This document shows positions 1 to 8,177 of a stretch of DNA of 64,000 nt, one piece after another (position 1 is the first letter of the stretch; each line of letters opens with the position of its first letter). The notes under the pieces are model-generated. The model was given only the letters and a program-made list of their open reading frames with translations. It did no database searches and had not been told where the DNA came from. The translations under genes were made by a program, and so were the position numbers. This stretch comes from Entomortierella parvispora E1425 (taxonomy: Eukaryota > Fungi > Mortierellomycota), in contig BQFW01000010.1 of assembly GCA_020891255.1 (NCBI GenBank), positions 186,001 to 250,000 of the forward strand. The letters are read 5' to 3'.

Positions 1-338
1 GCGTCCAAGAGCCATAGTTCCCTACAAGCCCTCGTGGTCGATCCAACCTCCCACACCGCACTCCCATGGTAGGTAATACATTCAAGGCAGCGCAAGGAAC
101 AACGCCATTCACCTCATCCTCCAGGAGCAGCGGCAGCAGCTCTTCATCCGCGGAGGAGAGAGGTGGTTTCTCTGCAGCAAAGAAGACCAAAAGAAGCGTC
201 GTGCAAATACTTAAACCGCCCCTTACATCCATCTTGCGTGTGTTTTATCTTGTTCATGGAGTGTTGGACTGTCTCGGCTGTGACAACAGACTTGTTGTTT
301 CTCTTCTTTCCTTTTCTCTTTGGTCTTCTTCTTACCAG

Positions 339-701
339 GCCTCTCCCACCAGCACAGGAAAAAAAACTCGTTCGGGTCAATTGGACCTGCAGCAATCGCC
401 GTCCGACCGGTGGGATTCCTCCACAGCCACCCCTCATTGTTCACCCCTCTCCACTCTACTTTCTGTTCCTCCCTTCGACAACACTCAGCATGTCTACCCT
501 GTACAGTCAAACGTTAACCGCTCACCCTCAGAAATGTCGTCTCCGTCCGGAACCATACCGCTCCAAGGTGAATCTGACTTGATGAAAAAGAAGTTGACGT
601 TGTTGCAGGCCCAACACGAGCTGGCGCTTCAGAGGATCCAGTTAGAAGAGGAGTCGAGAAAGTTGAAGAGTCGAGATCTCAGCAAGGCCAGCAGAAAATG
701 A
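339..701 (+). CDS. Probable terminal exon of an unidentified low-complexity protein (5' part unresolved or outside the window)
   Basis: A pyrimidine tract ends CTTACCAG at 338, in frame with ORF 66..701. The Ser/Pro-rich sequence ends in a coiled-coil-like LKKKLTLLQAQHELALQRIQLEEE. No family recognised. Confidence 0.35.
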   Translation, partial: ASPTSTGKKTRSGQLDLQQSPSDRWDSSTATPHCSPLSTLLSVPPFDNTQHVYPVQSNVNRSPSEMSSPSGTIPLQGESDLMKKKLTLLQAQHELALQRIQLEEESRKLKSRDLSKASRK

Positions 702-1047
702 GGTCTTTGCGTTTGTTCTCTTTGCATTTTTCTTGTAGAGTATTCCTTATGTAAAACTTATATTAAAAAGCGTTATCTAATTGGCGTGGTGGCAACGGGG
801 CGGAGGAAAAGAAGGAGGAGAAGAAGAGATAAGAGAAAGATGAGAAAGAAGAGAAACAAGAGAGAAACAAAAAAAAAAAAAACTGGGGCCGTTGCCCTGC
901 ACTGCCACGCCACGTGCGCGAGCGCGTCAACTTCGCCATTGCGTGCCTCATTTCTTTCTTTTCTTTCTTTCATTCTTTCATTCGTTCGCTCATTCGTTCC
1001 CTCTTTCCCTCCTTCCTTCACACAACATTACTTTTCTCCCCACGACC

Positions 1048-3522
1048 ATGTCTTTGTGTGTCCTCCCACCTGAATGTCTCGAGCCCATTCTCAAGCAACT
1101 CCTCGAGGAAGAAATCCAGTCACTGGGCCGCCTTCTTCAGGTCAACAGACATCTCTACTACGCCACCTTGCCGTTTCTTTACAAAGCGCCGTTCGACACA
1201 GTCCAAACAGTTCCGAGATACACTTCCCTTTACACCAGTCAAGGTCTGAAGCTTGTTCAAACCCTGCTTCGTCAACGGCGACCGGAGGAGATAAGCGACC
1301 TGCTGGATGCTGCCTATGATGTCTTTCCTGAGCAAACCCGACTGCGCCCTGAAGGTGTTTGTGAAGATGCAGAGTCTGGGATGGATATCGAGGACCAAGC
1401 GTTGAGTTCCGCTGTGACGTCAGCCATCCCCGTGGGAACAGAAACCGACTACCTCTCGTACATCGACAGCTTTAACTTTGAGAACGTCGTTTTCACGCCT
1501 ACCTACCCCTTTGAAGGCCAGTCTGTCCTGTTCGATTTTAATGCGTACCCTCAAAGACTAGCCGATTGGGCAGCCAAGTCTAACGATAGCCCTTTGTACC
1601 CACCGGCGTTTATGGAAGTCCACGAACCCTCGTGGATACTCGCTTATGGCACTTTGACGGGCGCTATTCGGCAAGACCTCACGTGGACGCTATGTTCGCC
1701 AGTCTTTGAGCAGATCCAAGCATTAATGATTCCCCTTTCTGACCTGGACCGGTATCTGGACGCTGTTGAGAGATTCAAGTCTCTGAAGGAGGTCTCATTC
1801 AAGATGGATGAAGAGTGGAGCGATGTATATTTTCAGCAAGCCTTATCTCGCGCGGAGACGGAGAACCAACTCCAAGAGTTACACAGGATGCAGAGCAGGC
1901 ACGAGGAGCGATTTGAGGGCATGCTTGCCTTTGTACAAAGGCATGGAGCACTGTTCCCAAACCAACTTCAAAAGGCTGATTGCCCTTTCGACTCGACATG
2001 GCTGACACCGATGCAATGCCCAAAGGCGATCCAGGTTCGCCTGACGAGTCTCCTGCCAGAATTCAACCATCCAAAGGTCATCGATAACTCCAATATCGAT
2101 GACTTGATGGACCGAATCACCACCACAGATCTGGGATCTGTGGAGACGGTAATCATCCACGACCGGATTACTGCCATAATCTCAAAAGACCCGAGTTTCC
2201 TGAGTCGTTGTCGATCTTTGAAGACGATGACCCTCAACTCTCCAGGACCAGGATCGTTTTCATGGGCTGTGAAGGAGAAGATTGCCTTTGAGGATCAGTT
2301 TTCCAGAATCAAAACAGGAACCTCCTCACCCTCCTTTCAAGAGTGGTCACCCATCATTTCTCTGGGATCCCTGACGCTCTCGACATACAGTGGATTCACG
2401 GACGAGCCGGACGATGTTGTACGGGCATTTGGCAGTACTCTCAAGTCACTCAGCTTTGTAGATGATTCTCAGGAACAGAAACCCGAGTTTCAAATTGGAC
2501 GGGATTGGTTCTTGCCAGAGATAAAGTCGTTCCACTTCTCGACTGGAGCGACCCCATTCTCAGTGGATCCAGACCTGCTCGCCTCTGGATTAGGAAAAAA
2601 CTTGGAGCAACTAGTTCTCATAGACAAGTCTACTGGTCACAACGTCGAAGGGCTTTACGGCTGTCACCAGGCGAGTTTACCCAAACTCAAACAACTTACC
2701 CTTCGGGGGCTGCCGGCGTTGGCGTTCCATCCTGGGACATTGAATCGGGTCCCAAATCTAACATCACTTGAACTTGCACTTCACTTTGATGTTGGGTCAT
2801 TAGAAGCGCCAATGGCCTCAATTCATCAGGAGTCCGACTTGAGTCTCGTCGGTGGGTCACAAGAGGGCGTCTTGCACCCAAGAGACAGCCGTGCAGTATG
2901 GACATGGGACTGGCACCTCCCTCATCTCCGCGTGTTGAGGTTGACGTCTCAGTTTGCGTACCTGTTTCAGTTTGGAATGTTGGCTGGTTGTCCATCACTC
3001 CGCAGTCTTGTGCTCGACATCCCGACGACATACACGCGGGTTGTGTCTCTGGATGAGTTTTTTCAAAAGAGAACTACGTCCCTTGGCAAGGGTGCTTTTA
3101 ACGACAGCAACAGTTCGTTGTCCTCCGCCCCGTTCTCGTCTTCTCTTGGTCAACCCCCCTTGTTGATCAAAACCAAAGTGGAGCAATTGGTCCTGGAGGG
3201 TGGTTGGGTATTGGAGGATGATGTGCGCGCGACCCTTTTCGAGGCTGTATTCCCTCGACTGAAATTTCTGCAAGAGATCTCCACTTCTGGTTATTCAATC
3301 CAGGGATGGCTACAGGCACTGCGGAAATTACCGCATCTTAAACAGACCTATTGTTGTCCACAAGACCTGGAATTGATAACTTCAGATCGGTTGAAGGAAC
3401 TAGGTCTAGTATTTTTATCGGACGATGAGAATTCAGAAGACGAGGATAACATTATTCAGAAGCCAGTTTTCCGTTTCGACAGTGATAGCTGGACCTTTGC
3501 AGAAGATGCTGGAGTGGAATAA
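1048..3522 (+). CDS. F-box/LRR-like protein, subfamily A (824 aa, intronless)
   Basis: ATG at 1048. F-box-like LPPECLEPILKQL...LLQVNRHLYYATLPFLY. Shares IPLSD.D.YL..VERF, ML.FVQRHG.LFPN.LQ, WTWDW.LP.L and FQF.MLAGCPSL with 5443..7689 and 8178..10679. LxxLxL repeats in the C-terminal half. Confidence 0.8.
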   Translation: MSLCVLPPECLEPILKQLLEEEIQSLGRLLQVNRHLYYATLPFLYKAPFDTVQTVPRYTSLYTSQGLKLVQTLLRQRRPEEISDLLDAAYDVFPEQTRLRPEGVCEDAESGMDIEDQALSSAVTSAIPVGTETDYLSYIDSFNFENVVFTPTYPFEGQSVLFDFNAYPQRLADWAAKSNDSPLYPPAFMEVHEPSWILAYGTLTGAIRQDLTWTLCSPVFEQIQALMIPLSDLDRYLDAVERFKSLKEVSFKMDEEWSDVYFQQALSRAETENQLQELHRMQSRHEERFEGMLAFVQRHGALFPNQLQKADCPFDSTWLTPMQCPKAIQVRLTSLLPEFNHPKVIDNSNIDDLMDRITTTDLGSVETVIIHDRITAIISKDPSFLSRCRSLKTMTLNSPGPGSFSWAVKEKIAFEDQFSRIKTGTSSPSFQEWSPIISLGSLTLSTYSGFTDEPDDVVRAFGSTLKSLSFVDDSQEQKPEFQIGRDWFLPEIKSFHFSTGATPFSVDPDLLASGLGKNLEQLVLIDKSTGHNVEGLYGCHQASLPKLKQLTLRGLPALAFHPGTLNRVPNLTSLELALHFDVGSLEAPMASIHQESDLSLVGGSQEGVLHPRDSRAVWTWDWHLPHLRVLRLTSQFAYLFQFGMLAGCPSLRSLVLDIPTTYTRVVSLDEFFQKRTTSLGKGAFNDSNSSLSSAPFSSSLGQPPLLIKTKVEQLVLEGGWVLEDDVRATLFEAVFPRLKFLQEISTSGYSIQGWLQALRKLPHLKQTYCCPQDLELITSDRLKELGLVFLSDDENSEDEDNIIQKPVFRFDSDSWTFAEDAGVE

Positions 3523-4292
3523 ATAAGAGAAAGGGCGTCTTCCAGAGAGAAGGAGTCAATTGCAAAAATGTCATCCGAGGTGCCACCAGTGGCAAAATGA
3601 AAAGAAGGAGAGAGCCCAAGGCGGGGCAAGGGGATGCCAAAGGCAATAGAAAGAGAGCGTATAATGCAACCGGATGCGCTCCCAGGAAAACTCTCCGAAA
3701 AAATTCAGCGCGGCAGCTTGGAAGGACAGAAGAGTTCATTGTGTTCCCAAGGCAACGAACAAGAAGCGTCGATTGTGGTGGTTCTAGGCTTACAGGGGGA
3801 GGGGGTAAGTCTCAACGCCAAGACCCAAAGTTGTTCCTGTCAACACGCCGCTTGTGATCGTTGGTTTTTTGGAATGTGGGGGGTTCAGTCCTTTTAAAAA
3901 AAAAAAAAAAAAAAAAGTGTCATTTTCAGCTGTGGAGGAGTAGGAGGAGGTGCTTTCGAGGTAGAGGTAGAATGAAGGCAAGGAATGAAGACTGCGAGGG
4001 AAGCCGATGCGTGCTGCGCTGCATCAGACAACGACCATGCATGCATGCATGCACCGAATGAACGAATCCCATGGTCCGCCATTGGACTGACTCTTGCCCA
4101 AACCCAATTCACGCGAAAAAAGAGCGGCGCGTGTTTTGCTGCGCAGAGGCGGTGAAAAAGGATAAATATTCCAGCATTCGATGCTTTTCTTTCTTTTCCC
4201 TCCAATCTACATCCACAGCTCATCTTCTGCTCTCTTCTCTCCTTCCCTCTCTTCTCACGCTCCTTTTCTCTCTCTCTTTTACACCCCCAACC

Positions 4293-5171
4293 ATGACCGC
4301 TGGCTCTGCATCCTTTGTCTGTGTCACCTGTGGCACCAACGCACCCTCCTCTATGGACTCGTCCTTGCCCTTGGAAACCTGCATCATCTGCGACGAGCCC
4401 CGTCAGCATGTCCGCAGGGGCGGTCAAACATGGACCACCCTCGATGCCCTCAAGTCCTCTGGCAAGTACAAGAACGTCTTCACCCCTACCGAAGCCGATC
4501 CCGTCAACATGATCTCGATCTCGACCACACCCTCCTACGCGATCGGTCAACGCGCTGTCCTGATCCGCACTCCTCAAGGCAACATCCTGTGGGACTGCAT
4601 CACCTACATTGATCAAGAGACCATTGACGAGGTGAAAAGACTCGGAGGCCTCACCGCCATTGTTATTTCTCACCCGCACTACTACTCGTCGCTCAAGGAA
4701 TGGAGCGAGGCTTTTGGAGACATCCCCGTCTATACCCACAAGAATGATGAGCAATGGCTCCAGCGACCCGCCAAGAACCATGTCCTCTGGGAAGGCCCCA
4801 CCCTCGAGCTCATGGGCGGATCTGTCAAGGTCCTTTGTCCTGGTGGTCATTTCGATGGCTCTTGTCTTCTCCTCTGGAACAAGAATCTGTTGGTTGCCGA
4901 TACCATGATGGTCGCCGCATCTCGAAAGTCTGTGTCGTTCATGTACAGTTTCCCCAACTACTGGCCCTTGGCTCCAGATGCCGTCAAGACGATCTGGAGG
5001 AGCGTCCGACCCTACGAGGTCGACAACATCTTGGGAGCCTGGGTTGGCAAAGAGATTATCGGTCAGGGGCGGAATATTGTGTATGAGAGCGCCAAGCTCT
5101 ACACCGCGTACAGTGGTCATGACACGTCAAAGTTTTACAGTGAAGATGCCAAAGAGCTTGCCTTCTACTAG
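4293..5171 (+). CDS. Metallo-beta-lactamase-fold hydrolase with N-terminal CxxC...CxxC motif (YmaE-like, 292 aa, intronless)
   Basis: ATG at 4293. Motifs CVTCG...CIICDEPRQ, IGQRA, LWDC, ISHPHYY, GGHFDG, ADT and FMYSFPN. Confidence 0.85.
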   Translation: MTAGSASFVCVTCGTNAPSSMDSSLPLETCIICDEPRQHVRRGGQTWTTLDALKSSGKYKNVFTPTEADPVNMISISTTPSYAIGQRAVLIRTPQGNILWDCITYIDQETIDEVKRLGGLTAIVISHPHYYSSLKEWSEAFGDIPVYTHKNDEQWLQRPAKNHVLWEGPTLELMGGSVKVLCPGGHFDGSCLLLWNKNLLVADTMMVAASRKSVSFMYSFPNYWPLAPDAVKTIWRSVRPYEVDNILGAWVGKEIIGQGRNIVYESAKLYTAYSGHDTSKFYSEDAKELAFY

Positions 5172-5229
5172 AGTACCTTTTTTTTTTTTTTTTTTTTTTT
5201 TTCATTTCACAATTAAAAAAACTTTGCAA

Positions 5230-5442
5230 TTTATTCTCTTGTCTTCCACCCTCCAGCGACCTTTCCCGAGCCCAACTTGGACCCTCAAATGTTCAAAGGA
5301 GTGTCTTTTTGGAAAACGAGACCGAGCGATTCAAGCCCTTGTGCAGAACCAATAGTCGGACAATGACTTCCTTGAGCAACGGCTGATGTCGAAGAGCAGA
5401 GGCCCACCCGAAAAGTGAGAAGCCGATAGCCGCCTTCATCTT
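5230..5442 (-). pseudogene. Decayed former C-terminal coding segment of 5443..7689
   Basis: Past the stop it still reads KMKAAIGFSLFGWASALRHQPLLKEV against RMKEAIGFTLVGCVSALRHRPLLKEV in the paralog. Then a 1-nt deletion near 5365 and a 1-nt insertion near 5293. Confidence 0.8.
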
Positions 5443-7689
5443 TCAATGTGTCAGATTCGGGAAGACCACCTCATTGAATACCTTTCTTATTTCGTCCGAG
5501 AGCACCCACGGCATCACCAGCTTTTTCACAGAAGGCGCCGAAACAAGCGGCGCCTGACCCTCATGATCGACAGGATCAGAGGTACGGCAAGTCGAAGATG
5601 GCAAGAGTTCGAAATCCTGCAGAGTCAAAACACGATGAAAGCAATTGGTAAGTATCAGACTGACTAAGGAGGGGCAGCCCGCCAGCATTCGGAATTGAAA
5701 CATGAGCGCAAACTCGTCTTTCAGTGAAAGTGTGTGGAGTTTCGGGAGATACCAGTCCCAGGTCCAGAGCACCTGTCCATGAATGGTGGTGGACGGATCA
5801 GATCCAGACTCAAAAGTCGAATGCAGGGTCGCTTTTTTTGCGTTGTACGTTACGCCGTATTGGCGTGACAAACCCTGAATATGATTCAGAGGCGCCAAGT
5901 CATTCATATAGAGCCGGAGGGTTTTCAAGTTGGGAGTGAAATGCAAGGTGCCTGGGTGAAATTGCGATGCTGTCCCACCACGGAGAGTCAAGCCCTCCAA
6001 ATTCGGCAGGGCCTCGGCGGGAGGCTGGTAAATTTTGTAGCGCTCTAGAGGAAGATGGTGGGACTCATCAATAAAACAAAGACTATTGATGTCTTTGCCT
6101 AAACCAGAGAACAAATCGCGATCCATGACCAATTGGGTAAGGAAGCCAACGACGGTGATATTGAGACTTTGCATTTTTGGCAGAGTCCATCCTCGTCCAA
6201 ATTGAAAGTCGTAATCCATTCCTCCTCTTCTTTCGAGGTTTCGGTGATCCAGGACGACCTTCAAGTTTGAGAGTGTGTCGCCAAACCCTTCCACAATATC
6301 GTTCAGCTCATCCACATGCATCGAGAAAGACCTCATGTTGACGGTACTAACTCGCGCAGGTGGGGCAGACATAGTATCTCGCGTCCTGGCCACCTTCTGT
6401 TCAACAGCCCACCGAAAGCATCCCGGCTTGGGTGAGTGAATGAAGATCATCTTCAAGCCTCGACAGCGACTCCAAAACGTCGGATCGGCAGCCAGTAAGG
6501 TTTCAAGATGTAAGTTATCGGCAAGCACTACACTCGTTACGGATCCTAGGTCTGTAAGCTTGATCTTTGTTGATAGTCGATAGTAGTTCATTTCGTGGAC
6601 GGATGTGAGATTGGCGAAAGGCGGAAGCACATTCTGCAGCTTATCTTGCGTCACCTTTGGGCATCGCGTTGGTGACGGCCAGGCCCAGCTGTCGGGACAG
6701 TCCACGTACTGAAGAACGTTTGGGAAGAGTTGCCCGTGCCTCTGGACAAAGAGGAGCATAGATCTGAATTGTTGATTCCGTCGGTCGCGACAGTCTGCAG
6801 AAGCTTTCGCTGTCTCTGCTGTAACGCTAGCTAGAGTCATGTTATGAACATCCAGGTACTCGTCCATGATAAAGGTGATAGATGAGAGACGTTGAAATCG
6901 TTCCACCTTGCTCAGGTACTGATCCACGTCCGAGAGAGGGATTGCCAGGGTTCGAACTTTCTCAAAGGACCGAGAGCACAAGAGCCAGGTGAGCTGCCGC
7001 CTGATTGCCATTGACACAGCTCCATAGCGAAGGGTGGACACCGAGTCTCTCGATCCGATGCATGGAGGAAAGACAAGCTTATCATCGTAGGCGCCATCTC
7101 CAAGTGTGTAAGCGGGCCATCCATTTCTTGTTTTGAAAGCTAAGTTGGTCAAAGACATGTTGTACCTTATGCGTTGATAGTCGAAGTCTTCGTTTCGATA
7201 AAAGGGTTTGATAAGGGCCTGTTCAAAGTAAAACACTCGGACATGGGACAAATAGTCGATCCTTTGCATTGCAGTCACAAGGGTTGCTGGAGTGCGGTCC
7301 TCTTGTCCAAGTTGAGCAGAGTCTTGCTTGGCATCTTTCAATTGACCTTTGTCCGACGGCATGATAGTTGATCCTGTCTTGAGATCTGTGGCTGTCTTTA
7401 CCGAACCCAGAGGCACGTCATAGGCAGCGGAAAGTAACGGGCCGACATCTTCAGGAGGCAATTGGCAGAGTAGCGTCTGGAGGAGCTGTTCAAGCTTGCG
7501 ATTCCCAGATGAATGCTGGTTCCTGGGCTGAAGGAGGCCAAGGCCGTCCTCGTACACACATGGCACGGTTGCTTCGTAAAAGAACCTATTGACTCGTAGC
7601 ATACGGTTGAGAGATGAGCGGTCTCCTCGGTCCTTGAGCACGTTTAGGACGAGTTGGAGAACCTCCAGAGGAAGGTGGGATAGACACAT
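5443..7689 (-). CDS. F-box/LRR-like protein, subfamily A, copy 1 of a tandem duplication; C-terminally truncated (748 aa)
   Basis: F-box-like LPLEVLQLVL...MLRVNRFFYEATVP.VY. Close paralog of 8178..10679. TGA at 5443-5445 corresponds to TGG (Trp) in the paralog. Confidence 0.85.
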   Translation of the reverse strand: MCLSHLPLEVLQLVLNVLKDRGDRSSLNRMLRVNRFFYEATVPCVYEDGLGLLQPRNQHSSGNRKLEQLLQTLLCQLPPEDVGPLLSAAYDVPLGSVKTATDLKTGSTIMPSDKGQLKDAKQDSAQLGQEDRTPATLVTAMQRIDYLSHVRVFYFEQALIKPFYRNEDFDYQRIRYNMSLTNLAFKTRNGWPAYTLGDGAYDDKLVFPPCIGSRDSVSTLRYGAVSMAIRRQLTWLLCSRSFEKVRTLAIPLSDVDQYLSKVERFQRLSSITFIMDEYLDVHNMTLASVTAETAKASADCRDRRNQQFRSMLLFVQRHGQLFPNVLQYVDCPDSWAWPSPTRCPKVTQDKLQNVLPPFANLTSVHEMNYYRLSTKIKLTDLGSVTSVVLADNLHLETLLAADPTFWSRCRGLKMIFIHSPKPGCFRWAVEQKVARTRDTMSAPPARVSTVNMRSFSMHVDELNDIVEGFGDTLSNLKVVLDHRNLERRGGMDYDFQFGRGWTLPKMQSLNITVVGFLTQLVMDRDLFSGLGKDINSLCFIDESHHLPLERYKIYQPPAEALPNLEGLTLRGGTASQFHPGTLHFTPNLKTLRLYMNDLAPLNHIQGLSRQYGVTYNAKKATLHSTFESGSDPSTTIHGQVLWTWDWYLPKLHTLSLKDEFALMFQFRMLAGCPSLVSLILTNCFHRVLTLQDFELLPSSTCRTSDPVDHEGQAPLVSAPSVKKLVMPWVLSDEIRKVFNEVVFPNLTH

Positions 7690-8058
7690 GGTGGGTTACT
7701 GCAGTCTAGGAAAGACAGAGAGATGAGAGGCAATGCCATGAGTACAGGCATGTGTCTTGTGGCCATTGCTGGGCTATGTCATGTTGTGTCGTGTAAGATG
7801 AATTTCTGTCCTTTCTTCATCCTGGTACAAGAGATGCATGGTAGACTACTTGGATGCATGCATGCGTGCATGCAAGCAGCAAAGGCGAGACCAACCAGCA
7901 AGGAGAGAGAGCGTGGGAGACCTCACAGTGGATCCTGGTTTCCCCGGACGAGTCGAGTCAAGAGACGTGAGACAGACTGAAAGACTGACAGACTCGAGTT
8001 GCCCATCCCGGAAGGACACGGAAGCGACTCGCTCACTTGAAGCGCTCGCGCCTGGACA

Positions 8059-8138
8059 GCAAATTCTACACCGCGTGCAGTGGTCATGACCCGTCAAAAG
8101 TTTACAGTGAAGATGCCAAAGAGCTTGCCTTTCACTAA
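8059..8138 (+). pseudogene. Orphan 3' fragment of the MBL-fold gene at the duplication junction
   Basis: Translates KFYTACSGHDPSKVYSEDAKELAFH* against KLYTAYSGHDTSKFYSEDAKELAFY* (5094-5171). Followed by the same AGTACCTTTTTT. Confidence 0.9.
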
Positions 8139-8177
8139 AGTACCTTTTTTGCAATTTATTCTTTCAAAACGGCATCT

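Noticed and set aside
892-1047. Upstream in-frame extension of the first F-box ORF (and similar extensions at 4071, 20303, 33270, 51131)
   Set aside because: These are pyrimidine-rich UTR-like sequences; the downstream ATGs sit directly before the F-box or domain start, as in paralogs.
3894-5120. 408-aa minus-strand ORF
   Set aside because: Antisense shadow of the codon-biased MBL gene; no motifs, and it runs into a homopolymer tract.
7850-7875. (TGCA)n motif upstream of several genes (also ~4036 and ~10842)
   Set aside because: Two of the copies derive from the tandem duplication; the rest is compatible with a simple microsatellite.
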